Origin: an uncultured Porphyromonadaceae bacterium
GTDB lineage: Bacteria > Bacteroidota > Bacteroidia > Bacteroidales > Muribaculaceae
Length of the DNA: 64,000 nucleotides
Assembly (NCBI GenBank): GCA_900548875.1
Contig: URMA01000004.1
Span: 6,488-70,487, forward strand
Direction of reading: 5' to 3'
In this document: positions 1 to 9,522 of the stretch, piece by piece
How the letters are laid out: every line of letters starts with the position of its first letter
Numbering within the stretch: the first letter of the stretch is position 1
Notes under the pieces: model-generated
Databases searched by the model: none
What the model was told of the DNA's origin: nothing
The model's input: the letters and a program-made list of their open reading frames with translations, nothing else
Translations under genes and position numbers: made by a program

Positions 1-1
1 A

Positions 2-949
2 GGCATGGTGCTGTTTCTGGTTTCCATCTCCGGGCTGCTGAAAAAGATACAGACCATTTTCACGCCGCGTATCATCATCACTATTCTCGGACTGATTGGC
101 ATGACGCTCGCGCCGGTGTTCCTCGACCTCATCTTCAAAACCGGCAGTCCGCTGTTCAACTTCGGCTTTACCGTGATAGCCATCCTTGCCACCTTCATTC
201 TGAACAACCTGCTCAAAGGCATCTGGAAGTCGACCACCATCATCTTTACGGTCATTTTAGGCACTGCCGCCTACTACCTGTTCAACGAAATTCCGGCAAT
301 GCCCGACTACGACTACCGCATCACCCTCGACAGCCTGTTTATCCGGCCGGAATTTGAAGCCGGAACGATTCTTTCCTTCCTCATCTGCTTCTTTGCCCTT
401 CTTATCAATGAGTTGGGTTCTGTCCAGTCGGTGAAGGACATGACACAGGCCGACGAGCCGGACAAGCGCATAGCCCGCGGCAACGCCGTTGTCGGACTGG
501 GCAACACCCTGTCGGGAATACTCGGCATCATCGGTCCGGTGGACTTTTCCATCTCTCCGGGCATCATCGCCTCCACCGGCTGTGCCTCGCGCTACACGAT
601 TATCCCCTGCGGAATAGGCCTAGTGCTGTGTGCCCTCAGCCCGTCGCTGGTTTCGGTGTTCACCCTGCTCCCCGACATCATCATCGGCATCATGCTCATG
701 TATATCGTCATCCTTCAGCTTGCCGCCGCCTTCAACCTGATTGTCGACACCGGTTCCGTACGCAATTTCGACCATGCGCTGACCATAGCCATTCCGATGG
801 GCATCGGACTTTTCGTTGCCCTGCTGCCACAGGATGCCGTCGCCGCTCTGCCGGCCATCCTGCAACCCGTGCTGTCAAACGGTTTCGTTGTCGGAGTGCT
901 GATTGTCGTCCTGCTCGAACACCTCGTTTTCAGAAACCGGCGGCGCTGA
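2..949 (+). CDS. NCS2-family (xanthine/uracil-type) permease, C-terminal fragment; 5' end lies outside the window
   Basis: The ORF is open to the window start. The protein is a polytopic membrane protein with NCS2-like motifs (..TGxxSR.., ..FG.., ..VDxxxxRN..). The call rests on family-level recognition only. Confidence 0.5.
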   Translation, partial: GMVLFLVSISGLLKKIQTIFTPRIIITILGLIGMTLAPVFLDLIFKTGSPLFNFGFTVIAILATFILNNLLKGIWKSTTIIFTVILGTAAYYLFNEIPAMPDYDYRITLDSLFIRPEFEAGTILSFLICFFALLINELGSVQSVKDMTQADEPDKRIARGNAVVGLGNTLSGILGIIGPVDFSISPGIIASTGCASRYTIIPCGIGLVLCALSPSLVSVFTLLPDIIIGIMLMYIVILQLAAAFNLIVDTGSVRNFDHALTIAIPMGIGLFVALLPQDAVAALPAILQPVLSNGFVVGVLIVVLLEHLVFRNRRR

Positions 950-1096
950 CAGTCCAACTTTTCGACCATTCTTTTGGCCGAATTTTCCTTTTTGTTTTGC
1001 CATTAGTTTTTTCCGGGCAAAAAACTAAACTTTCAAGTTACAATAATGTTTTTCTATTATTAATTTCGTCCTGCGAAAAAGATTAACATTATTGAT

Positions 1097-2548
1097 ATGC
1101 AACACAAAACCAAGGGATTATTTCTATCTGCACTGACAGTCGTTTTCACGTCACTCTGCAGCGTTGCCAACGAGCCCCTTTCCCTCGACTCTTGCCGGAA
1201 TATGGCATTACGCAACAACAAGACAATGCAAATTGCCCAGGAAAAGCTGAAAGCAGCCGAATATCAGAAGAAGGAAGCCTTTGCCGCCTATTTGCCGGGC
1301 TTTGACTTTACGGGCACCTATTTCTACAATCAGAAGGAACTTTCGTTGCTTTCGGGCGACCAGATGCTCCCCACCAAGTCATTCAATCCGCAGACCGGAC
1401 AATATGACTACAACATTCTCGTCGGCGCCGACGGAACCCCCGTGCTAACCCCCGACGGCCAACCGATTCCGACACAAGTGGCAGTTATCCCGAAAGAAGC
1501 AATGACATTCGACATACATAACGTATTCGGCGGAGCCGTAACGCTCACGCAGCCTATCTTCATGGGCGGAAAAATCATTGCCCTGAACAAAATGGCCGAT
1601 TACGCCAAGGAACTTGCCGGCGAAATGCAGAAAACGGCTGAAAAGGAAGTCATCTACGCCGTCGACGCCGCCTACTGGCAAGTGGTTTCGCTGGGCGAAA
1701 AGAAAAAGCTTGCCGACAGCTACATCGAACTGCTCGACACGCTCCAGCGCAACGTGAAGGCAATGATTGCCGAAGGCGTGGCCACAAAATCCGACCTGCT
1801 CACCGTGGAAGTAAAACTCAACGAAGCCAACATCGACCAGATGAAAGTGGACAACGGACTGTCGCTTTCGCGCATGGCACTCGCCCAAATCTGCGGACTG
1901 CCGCTCGACTCGCAGCCGACACTCGTCGACGAATACAACGACGTGAAGGAATTCAAGTCGCTGCCTTCCAACAGCTACAACATGAACGACGTCTATGCCA
2001 ACCGTTCCGACCTCCGCAGTCTGGAACTGGCGGTGAAAGTGTTCGAACAGAAACAGAACGTGGCACGCTCGGAAATGCTTCCGAACATTGCCCTCATCGG
2101 GTCCTACGGATTCTCCAACCCCAACCTGTTCAACGGATTTGAAAAGAAGTTCAACGGCATGTTCAGCGTAGGCGCCATGGTAAAAATCCCGCTGTGGCAC
2201 TGGGGCGGCAACTACAACAAGTTCCGCAACGCCAAGAGCGAAACCGTCATCAAGCAGCTCGAACTGGAAGATGCCAAGGAAAAAGTGGAACTGCAGGTAA
2301 ATCAGGCCGCCTTCAAGGCCAAAGAAGCCGCCAAGACACTTGAAATGGCAAAATCCAACCTCGACAAGGCTGAAGAGAACCTGCGCCAGGCACAAATCGG
2401 CTACAAGGAAGGCGTGATGCCCATCGACAACGTGATGGCCGCACAGACCGCATGGCTGAAAGCCAACTCCGAACATATCGATGCAGGTATCGACGTGCAG
2501 CTCTGCGACGTCTATCTGTCGAAAGTATTGGGAACCCTTACATACTAA
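1097..2548 (+). CDS. TolC-family outer membrane efflux protein
   Basis: The protein has an N-terminal signal peptide. Two long coiled-coil/beta-barrel repeat halves are typical of outer membrane factor (TolC) proteins. It is the first gene of an operon with HlyD and ABC-2 permeases. Confidence 0.8.
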   Translation: MQHKTKGLFLSALTVVFTSLCSVANEPLSLDSCRNMALRNNKTMQIAQEKLKAAEYQKKEAFAAYLPGFDFTGTYFYNQKELSLLSGDQMLPTKSFNPQTGQYDYNILVGADGTPVLTPDGQPIPTQVAVIPKEAMTFDIHNVFGGAVTLTQPIFMGGKIIALNKMADYAKELAGEMQKTAEKEVIYAVDAAYWQVVSLGEKKKLADSYIELLDTLQRNVKAMIAEGVATKSDLLTVEVKLNEANIDQMKVDNGLSLSRMALAQICGLPLDSQPTLVDEYNDVKEFKSLPSNSYNMNDVYANRSDLRSLELAVKVFEQKQNVARSEMLPNIALIGSYGFSNPNLFNGFEKKFNGMFSVGAMVKIPLWHWGGNYNKFRNAKSETVIKQLELEDAKEKVELQVNQAAFKAKEAAKTLEMAKSNLDKAEENLRQAQIGYKEGVMPIDNVMAAQTAWLKANSEHIDAGIDVQLCDVYLSKVLGTLTY

Positions 2549-2591
2549 CACCTCATTTTTTCAGAATCAAAAAAGGAATTAAAATATAAAT

Positions 2592-3611
2592 ATGGAAAAC
2601 TTGAATTTCAATCAGGAAAGCGAACTGGTGATAAAGAAAAAAGAACGCTCGCTATTCGTTGCCATCGGTGTTGCTATCATCGTTGTTATCATTCTTGGCA
2701 TAATCGGCTTCATTGTCATCAAGCCTGCTCCGGAAATGGCACAGGGACAAGTGGAAGCTACATCCGTACGCGTTTCGGGACTTCTTCCGGGACGTGTTGA
2801 AAAGTTCTATGTAACGGAAGGACAGAGCGTCCACGCCGGCGACACACTTGCCAAAATCCACTCGGCAACCGTCGACGCCAAACTGGCTCAGGCCCTCGCC
2901 ATGCAGGATGCCGCCGACGCACAACGCCAAAAAGCCAATGCCGGCGCCCGCTCGCAAGTGCTGACTGCCGCCTACGACCTCTGGCAACAGGCCAAAGCGT
3001 CGCTCGACATTCACAAAAAGACATACGACCGACTTGAATCGCTCTACAAGCAGAATGTAGTTCCGGCACAGAAGCGCGACGAAGCCAAAGCCGCCTACGA
3101 TGCCGCCGTTGCGGCTGAAAGTGCCGCCCGCTCGCAGTATGAAATGGCAAAGGAAGGCGCACAGCGCGAAGACAAGATGGCCGCGGAAGCCATGGCCAAC
3201 GCAGCCAAAGGCACCGTGCAGGAAGTGGAATCCATTCTGAACGACCAGTACCTGCTGGCGCCATGCGACGGTGAAATTTCCGATATTTTCCCGAACGTAG
3301 GCGAGCTCGTGTCGACAGGTACTCCGATTATGAACGTGCTGAAGACCGACGACCAATGGATGGTGTTCAACGTGCGTGAAACCCGCCTTCAGGATCTGAA
3401 AATGGGAGCCAAGGTTTCCGTCAAGATTCCGGCACTGGGCATCGACAACGCACAGGCAGAAGTTTACTTCATCAAGGACAGAGGCGAATATGCCGTATGG
3501 CGTGCCACAAAAGTAACGGGCGAATTCGACAGCCGTACATTCGAAGTGCGTCTGCGCCCCGTCGAAAAGATCAAGGACCTGCGTCCGGGCATGAGTGTCA
3601 TTCTTGAGTAA
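2592..3611 (+). CDS. HlyD-family membrane fusion (periplasmic adaptor) protein
   Basis: It has a single N-terminal TM helix, an Ala/Gln-rich coiled-coil region and a C-terminal beta-barrel segment. It lies 44 nt after the TolC-like gene. Confidence 0.8.
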   Translation: MENLNFNQESELVIKKKERSLFVAIGVAIIVVIILGIIGFIVIKPAPEMAQGQVEATSVRVSGLLPGRVEKFYVTEGQSVHAGDTLAKIHSATVDAKLAQALAMQDAADAQRQKANAGARSQVLTAAYDLWQQAKASLDIHKKTYDRLESLYKQNVVPAQKRDEAKAAYDAAVAAESAARSQYEMAKEGAQREDKMAAEAMANAAKGTVQEVESILNDQYLLAPCDGEISDIFPNVGELVSTGTPIMNVLKTDDQWMVFNVRETRLQDLKMGAKVSVKIPALGIDNAQAEVYFIKDRGEYAVWRATKVTGEFDSRTFEVRLRPVEKIKDLRPGMSVILE

Positions 3612-3626
3612 ACGGTTGCGGAACCC

Positions 3627-4838
3627 ATGTTCCGCCTCCCTCTTTTCACCATTTTGTGTTTTTTGGAAATTATGTTTAAAACTGCATTTATAAATTCACT
3701 GAAACGCGGCGTGCGCAAGCTCACGGAACGGCGGCTATACATTTTCGCGATGGTAGTCATTCCCCTCTTCGTGACCTTCTTCCTGCTCGGACTGATGAAA
3801 AACGGCCTGCCGAACCACATCCCGACTGCCATTGTCGACCTCGACAATTCGACAGCTTCGCGCGAAGTGGTACGCACCCTCCACAGTTCGGTGGAAGTGG
3901 ACCTCAACCACAAGGTGAACAGCTATGTCGAAGCCTACGAACTGATGCAGAAAGGGGAAATCTACGGATTCTTCATCATTCCCCACAACTTCATGCGGGA
4001 TGCCATGTCGGGACGGGAACCACAGATTGCCTACTACACCAACAGCACGTTCTACGTTCCCGGCTCACTGCTCTACCGCAGTCTGCGCACCACCTCCACA
4101 CTTACTTCGGCTTCCATTGTCAAAGCCTATCTGGTAAGTTCGGGAGCTACCGAGAAGCAGGCGATGGACCTGCTGCAACCGGTTCAACTGCTGACAAATC
4201 CGGTGCACAACCCGTGGACGAACTACTCCATATATCTGGTCAATTCGTTTGCCCCCTGTGCACTGGCACTGATGATACTGCTCGTCACCATATTCAGTAT
4301 CTGCCACGAAGAAAAGATGGGCACCTCACGCGAATGGCTGAAAACGGCCGACGGCTCGATGTATGTGGCTCTGCTGGGCAAACTGCTGCCGCAGACGCTT
4401 ATTTTCGCCACCGTAGGATTTCTGATTCAGTCCATCCTCTACGGCTATTGCCATTACCCGCTCAACTGCAACCCGTGGAACATGATTGGCGCAATGATTC
4501 TGTTCGTGATGGCCACCCAGGCATTCGGAGTGATGATTGCCGGCGTCATGCCCAACCTTCGTTTGGGACTGAGCATCGCTTCGCTCATCGGCATCCTGTC
4601 GTTCTCCGTCGGTGCATTCTCGTTTCCGCTGGAAGACATGTACAGCCCGATTGCCATATTCGCCTACATTCTCCCGGTGCGCTACTACTTTTTGATTTAT
4701 GTGGACCAGGCTCTCAACGGATTCCCCATCTACTTCTCCCGCTTCTACTATGCCGCCCTGCTCGCATTCCTGCTGCTTCCGGCACTGGTGTTGAAACGCT
4801 TGAAGAAAGCCAACATGAATCCGGTCTATGTGCCTTAA
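3627..4838 (+). CDS. ABC-2 type transporter permease (YbhS/YhhJ-like); the start could instead be the internal Met at 3672
   Basis: A large N-terminal periplasmic domain is followed by a 6-TM ABC-2 permease core. The gene sits directly downstream of HlyD. Confidence 0.75.
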   Translation: MFRLPLFTILCFLEIMFKTAFINSLKRGVRKLTERRLYIFAMVVIPLFVTFFLLGLMKNGLPNHIPTAIVDLDNSTASREVVRTLHSSVEVDLNHKVNSYVEAYELMQKGEIYGFFIIPHNFMRDAMSGREPQIAYYTNSTFYVPGSLLYRSLRTTSTLTSASIVKAYLVSSGATEKQAMDLLQPVQLLTNPVHNPWTNYSIYLVNSFAPCALALMILLVTIFSICHEEKMGTSREWLKTADGSMYVALLGKLLPQTLIFATVGFLIQSILYGYCHYPLNCNPWNMIGAMILFVMATQAFGVMIAGVMPNLRLGLSIASLIGILSFSVGAFSFPLEDMYSPIAIFAYILPVRYYFLIYVDQALNGFPIYFSRFYYAALLAFLLLPALVLKRLKKANMNPVYVP

Positions 4839-4850
4839 TACCCCTATCGC

Positions 4851-6053
4851 ATGAAACGTCTGAAAAAATTCTATTTCGACATATACAGAGCATTCAAGAA
4901 CGAATTCAAGTTCGTTATCAAGGACAAGGGTCTGCTGATCTTCCTGTTCCTTGTGCCGCTGCTCTATCCGATTGTTTATGCGCTCATCTATAATCCGGAA
5001 CTGACGCGCGACGTGCCGGTAGCGATTGTCGACGACAGCCGTTCGGTGAAAAGCCGCGAACTGGCACGCAAAATCGACGCCTCGGAATCGGCCATGGTAG
5101 CCGGCTATGCCGCCGACATGGAAGAGGCAAAACGCTGGATAGCCGAAAAACGGTGCTACGGAATTGTGCACATTGACCGCGATTTCGACCGCAACATCGT
5201 CCGAGGCGAACAGGGCACCGTGAGCCTCTACTGCGACATGTCGCTGCTCATCCGCTACAAGTCGCTGCTCGTAGCCCTGACCGAATCGACCATGGACCTT
5301 GGCTCGGATATCCGCATTGAAAAGATGTACAGTCTCGGAGCCGACGCGCCGAAAGTGCCGCCGACAGTATCCAGCACCTATTTTGCTTTGGGTAATCCCG
5401 AACAAGGCTTCGCCACCTTCCTGCTTCCGGCCATCCTTATCCTCATCGTGCAGCAGACCATCATTCTTTCCGTCTGCATGATGGGCGGCGCCATCTACGA
5501 ACGCCGTCGCCGCTACGGAGACGTGGACCCCTACGACACTCGGAATTCAGGAGCCGTCAGCCGTATGCTCGGAAAGGCAATGGCTTTCATCATCCTCTAT
5601 CTCGGCCAACTGGTTTATCTGCTCTATTTCGTACCGAAATTCTTCAGCTATCCGCAGTATGCCAACCTGTTTGAGGTGGTTCTCCTCTGCGTGCCCTATC
5701 TGTTTGCCGCCGTATTCTTCGGAATGACATTGCAGGTCATCGTACGCGAACGCGAGACGTCGTTTGTGCTGATAGTCGTAACTTCGGTCATCTTCCTGTT
5801 CCTTTCAGGCATTCCCTGGCCGCTCTACGACATGAGTCCCCTCTACCGCTTTGTCAGCGCATGCTGCCCGTCAACCTGGGCCATGCAGGCATTTGTACGC
5901 ATGAACGCCAACGGAGCTTCGCTCGGCGATGTCAACCACGAATACATGATGCTGTGGCTGAACGCCATCGGCTACTTCTTCATCGCCCTGTTTATCAACA
6001 AGGCTTCAGTGGGACACCACGTCCGCCAATATTCGCCGGAAAAAGCGCAATAG
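4851..6053 (+). CDS. ABC-2 type transporter permease (second paralog)
   Basis: It has the same architecture as the preceding gene and is the last gene of the operon. An intrinsic terminator follows. Confidence 0.75.
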   Translation: MKRLKKFYFDIYRAFKNEFKFVIKDKGLLIFLFLVPLLYPIVYALIYNPELTRDVPVAIVDDSRSVKSRELARKIDASESAMVAGYAADMEEAKRWIAEKRCYGIVHIDRDFDRNIVRGEQGTVSLYCDMSLLIRYKSLLVALTESTMDLGSDIRIEKMYSLGADAPKVPPTVSSTYFALGNPEQGFATFLLPAILILIVQQTIILSVCMMGGAIYERRRRYGDVDPYDTRNSGAVSRMLGKAMAFIILYLGQLVYLLYFVPKFFSYPQYANLFEVVLLCVPYLFAAVFFGMTLQVIVRERETSFVLIVVTSVIFLFLSGIPWPLYDMSPLYRFVSACCPSTWAMQAFVRMNANGASLGDVNHEYMMLWLNAIGYFFIALFINKASVGHHVRQYSPEKAQ

Positions 6054-6072
6054 TCCGGCGCAACCGAATTAA

Positions 6073-6122
6073 ACCGGCATTATCCCTGTTTCAATGGCAG
6101 GAATAATGCCGGTTTCTCATTC
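6073..6122 (+). terminator. Rho-independent terminator after the efflux operon
   Basis: A hairpin (accggcattat ... ataatgccggt) is followed by a T-rich tract. Confidence 0.6.
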
Positions 6123-6316
6123 TATCCAACCTTCCGACGGACAAGATATGACAACCGACAATTTTCTCATCCAAAATTTGTTAATTGTTTTGAAAATAAT
6201 TTATACCTTTGCGCTTTCTTTTAACCCAAATCCGCCATAAAGGACTGTTTTGGGTTTAGTGGACAGGTGTTTGCCTGCAGGTGAAAAATGATTGTAATAA
6301 CAGGTTTTTAAAGTAA

Positions 6317-8011
6317 ATGGAGATTCTATCTAAAGTTGATTTCAAGCCGAAATTGCTTTCGACTCTGAAAAACTACAACGCAGCGCGTTTTAAGGATGAT
6401 TTGATTGCCGGCATCGTGGTCGGCATTGTGGCATTGCCGCTTGCCGTGGCATTCGGTATCGCTTCGGGCGTCACACCGACAGTCGGCCTCATCACTGCCG
6501 TCATCGGCGGTTTCCTTGTGTCGGCTCTCGGTGGCAGCACGGTGCAGATCGGCGGCCCGACGGGCGCATTCATCGTCATTATCTACGGCATTATCCAGCA
6601 GTTCGGACTGACGGGACTGGCCATCGCCACTTTCCTTGCCGGACTGATTCTTGTTTTTTTGGGAATTTTCCGTCTGGGCACGGTCATCAAGTTTATCCCC
6701 TATCCGATTGTCATCGGCTTTACCTCGGGTATCGCCGTCACCATATTCTCCACACAGATTACCGACTTCTTCGGACTCCAGACGGGAGCCCTTCCGTCGG
6801 ACTTTCTCTCGAAATGGGGCGTATATATCAGCCATTTCGGCACCATGCACTGGCCTACGCTCGTCGTGGGACTCGTGTCGCTGGTCATCATTGCCGGCAT
6901 GCCCTACATTTCCAAACGTCTGCCGGGCGCGCTGATTGCCATTGTGGTAGTGACGGCCGTAGTCTATGTGCTTCGCGAACACTTCGGCCTGACCGGCATT
7001 GAAACCATCGGCGACCGCTTCGCCAACCTGTCGGGAGCCATTCCTACACCCCACTCCATCGGAGTCAACATTGAAACCATCAACGCCCTGCTCCCGTCGG
7101 CATTCACCATCGCCATGCTGGGCGCCATCGAGTCGCTGCTGTCGGCTACCGTGGCCGACGGTGCGACCAGCACAACCACCAACTCCAACACGGAACTCAT
7201 CGGACAGGGCATCGCCAACATCGTCGTGCCGTTTTTCGGCGGTATTCCCGTCACAGGTGCCATCGCGCGTACGATGACCAACATCAGTAACGGTGGACGC
7301 ACACCGGTGGCCGGCATTATCCATGCCATTGTCCTGCTGCTGATATTCCTGTTCCTGATGCCGCTTATCAACCTCGTACCGATGGCCTGTCTGGCAGGCG
7401 TGCTGATTATGGTTGCCTACAACATGAGCGGCTGGCGCACGGTGAAAGCCATTCTCAAGACTCCGAAATCGGATGTTACGGTCATGATTGTTACTTTTGT
7501 ACTTACCGTGATTTTCGACCTCACGATTGCCATTGAAATCGGCCTGCTGCTTGCCATCCTGCTCTTCCTGCGCCGTGTGATGGAGAACACGCAAATCCGC
7601 CACGTCGGTGAGCAAATCGACATTGCCGAAGGTGCGGAAGTGACCACCCACGAGGTGCTCGACCTGGAAAAGGGAGTGGAAGTCTACGAAATCGACGGCC
7701 CGTTCTTCTTCGGAGTGGCCACGAAATTCGACGAAATGATGCGCTCGATGGGCGACAAGCCGAAGGTCCGCATCCTGCGCATGCGCAAGGTGCCGTTCAT
7801 CGACTCCACGGCCATCCACAACCTGGAAATCCTTATCCAGTCGTCGCAGAAGGAAGGAATCCACGTCGTGCTTTCGGGAGTCAACCCGAACGTGCATGCC
7901 GTGCTTGAACGCGCCAACATCGAGGACCTGATTGGCAAGGACCACGTTTGCGACCACATCACCAAAGCCGTGGTAATGGCCAACAAGATTGCCCGCGGCG
8001 AAAAAGACTGA
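6317..8011 (+). CDS. SulP-family inorganic anion (sulfate) permease with C-terminal STAS domain
   Basis: The N-terminal motif IAGIVVGIVALPLAVAFGIASGV and ~11 TM helices fit SulP. The C-terminal ~130 aa have STAS-like features (..IDSTAIHNLE..). Confidence 0.85.
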   Translation: MEILSKVDFKPKLLSTLKNYNAARFKDDLIAGIVVGIVALPLAVAFGIASGVTPTVGLITAVIGGFLVSALGGSTVQIGGPTGAFIVIIYGIIQQFGLTGLAIATFLAGLILVFLGIFRLGTVIKFIPYPIVIGFTSGIAVTIFSTQITDFFGLQTGALPSDFLSKWGVYISHFGTMHWPTLVVGLVSLVIIAGMPYISKRLPGALIAIVVVTAVVYVLREHFGLTGIETIGDRFANLSGAIPTPHSIGVNIETINALLPSAFTIAMLGAIESLLSATVADGATSTTTNSNTELIGQGIANIVVPFFGGIPVTGAIARTMTNISNGGRTPVAGIIHAIVLLLIFLFLMPLINLVPMACLAGVLIMVAYNMSGWRTVKAILKTPKSDVTVMIVTFVLTVIFDLTIAIEIGLLLAILLFLRRVMENTQIRHVGEQIDIAEGAEVTTHEVLDLEKGVEVYEIDGPFFFGVATKFDEMMRSMGDKPKVRILRMRKVPFIDSTAIHNLEILIQSSQKEGIHVVLSGVNPNVHAVLERANIEDLIGKDHVCDHITKAVVMANKIARGEKD

Positions 8012-8018
8012 TTTTTCC

Positions 8019-9365
8019 ATGAACCGACGTATCCTACAGCTTGCCCTGCCCTCTATCGTTTCCAACATAGTGGTGCCGCTGCTCGGACTGATGGACCTTA
8101 CCATTGCCGGGCATCTGGGAGCTACGTCCTTTATCGGGGCGATTGCCGTAGGAGCGATGATGTTCAACCTCACCTACTGGAATTTCGGCTTTCTCCGGAT
8201 GGGGACAAGCGGAATGACGGCACAAGCCTTCGGACGTGGCGACACGTCGGAGGCTTTTCGTGTTCTGGTGCGTGCCGCCACATTGGGAACACTGCTCGGA
8301 CTCGTCATCATTGCCCTGCAGTTTCCGCTGCAATGGCTGCTGCTTCTTGCCATTGGCCCGAGCCCGGAAGTGACAGAACTGGCGCGAAGCTATTTCTACA
8401 TCTGCGTCTGGGGCGCACCTGCCATGCTCGCCACCATGAGCCTGTCGGGCTGGTTTCTGGGCATGCAGAATTCCGTCTATCCGATGACGGTTTCGATTTT
8501 TGTCAACATCCTCAACATCACGGCGAGCCTGGCATGCGTGTTTCTGCTCGACATGGGATTCCGCGGCGTTGCCGTGGGCACGCTCGTGTCGCAATGGGGA
8601 GGGCTGCTGCTTTCGCTGTTCATGATGACCCGGCTGATACGCCGCCACGGCATCCGCCTTCCGCAATCGGATACGGGGAGCAGAAGCGCGGCATGGATGC
8701 GTATGCTCGATGTGGCGGACATGGGGAAATTCTTCACCGTCAACCGCGACATCTTTCTGCGCAGCCTCTGCCTGATGCTGGTCACGCTGTTTTTCACTTC
8801 GGCCGGAGCACGGAGCGGCGACCTCACGCTGGCCGTCAATGCTCTGATTATGCAGCTTTTCGTGCTGTATTCCTACTTTATGGACGGGTTTGCCTTTGCC
8901 GGCGAAGCCTTGGTAGGACGCTACACGGGCGAACGCAACGCCACCGAACTCCGGCGCTGCATCCGCGGACTTTTCCTGTGGGGCACGGTTGTCATGACCG
9001 TCTTTGCCCTCGCCTACGGACTGGCAGGCAGCGAAATCATGTCGCTGCTCACCGACGACCACGCCGTAGTGCAGCATGCCGCCGGCTACCGCTGGTGGAG
9101 CGTCGTCATTCCTATTGTCGGTATGGGTGCTTTCATTTGGGACGGTGTCTATATCGGCCTGACCGCCACCCGCCAGATGCTCATTGCCCTGTTCTCCGCC
9201 ACGATTGCCTTTTTCGGGCTCTACTACGGCCTGTCGCTTCTCTCGCCCGACGGATTCTTTGCCGACCCGAACAACATCCTTTGGATTTCCTTCATCGCCT
9301 ACCTCTTCACCCGCTCCGCCGCCCAGTCGCTGATGGCTCCCCGCCTCCGCCGCCGGGCGTTTTAA
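8019..9365 (+). CDS. MATE-family efflux transporter (DinF/NorM-like)
   Basis: The N-terminal motif LALPSIVSNIVVPLLGLMDLTIAGHLG is characteristic of MATE proteins, and there are 12 predicted TM helices. The start was chosen at MNRRIL just after the SulP stop. The ORF track extends to 7989. Confidence 0.8.
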   Translation: MNRRILQLALPSIVSNIVVPLLGLMDLTIAGHLGATSFIGAIAVGAMMFNLTYWNFGFLRMGTSGMTAQAFGRGDTSEAFRVLVRAATLGTLLGLVIIALQFPLQWLLLLAIGPSPEVTELARSYFYICVWGAPAMLATMSLSGWFLGMQNSVYPMTVSIFVNILNITASLACVFLLDMGFRGVAVGTLVSQWGGLLLSLFMMTRLIRRHGIRLPQSDTGSRSAAWMRMLDVADMGKFFTVNRDIFLRSLCLMLVTLFFTSAGARSGDLTLAVNALIMQLFVLYSYFMDGFAFAGEALVGRYTGERNATELRRCIRGLFLWGTVVMTVFALAYGLAGSEIMSLLTDDHAVVQHAAGYRWWSVVIPIVGMGAFIWDGVYIGLTATRQMLIALFSATIAFFGLYYGLSLLSPDGFFADPNNILWISFIAYLFTRSAAQSLMAPRLRRRAF

Positions 9366-9423
9366 TCAGCCTTCCCGAAAGGTTTTCCCAATGATAGAAA
9401 GGCGGAAGAAAACTTTGCGGCGA

Positions 9424-9459
9424 AACTTTGCTGTTTTTCGGCTGAATATACTAATTTTG
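9424..9459 (+). promoter_or_regulatory. Bacteroidetes sigma-A type promoter for aspS (-33 TTTG at 9427-9430; -7 TAATTTTG at 9452-9459)
   Basis: There is an exact TAnnTTTG match. TTTG lies 21 nt upstream. The elements sit ~65 nt upstream of the aspS ATG. Confidence 0.55.
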
Positions 9460-9522
9460 CAGAATGTTACGATATTGCCCTAACTGGGCTGAATGTTGAA
9501 AAATTATCTAAACTCAAATAGT

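Noticed and set aside
1445-2551. 368 aa ORF antisense to the TolC-like gene. Similar long antisense ORFs lie at 6326-8173, 10105-11283, 38156-39595, 43466-44593, 50285-52561, 52773-54389, 58869-59942 and 11877-12767.
   Set aside because: These are shadow ORFs opposite well-supported genes in GC-rich coding DNA. Their predicted proteins are low-complexity and His/Arg/Gly-rich, with no recognisable domains.
3627-6053. Possible missing or degraded ABC ATPase (pseudogene) in the efflux operon
   Set aside because: No remnant ATPase motifs (Walker A, LSGGQ) appear in any frame in the operon or its intergenic gaps. ATPase-less ABC-2 permease pairs of this kind are a common intact arrangement.
8011-8019. 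Apparent 23 nt overlap between the SulP and MATE genes (ORF track start 7989)
   Set aside because: The first Met after the SulP stop is MNRRILQ (8019) and gives a canonical MATE N-terminus. The overlap is an ORF-finder artefact, not a fusion or frameshift.
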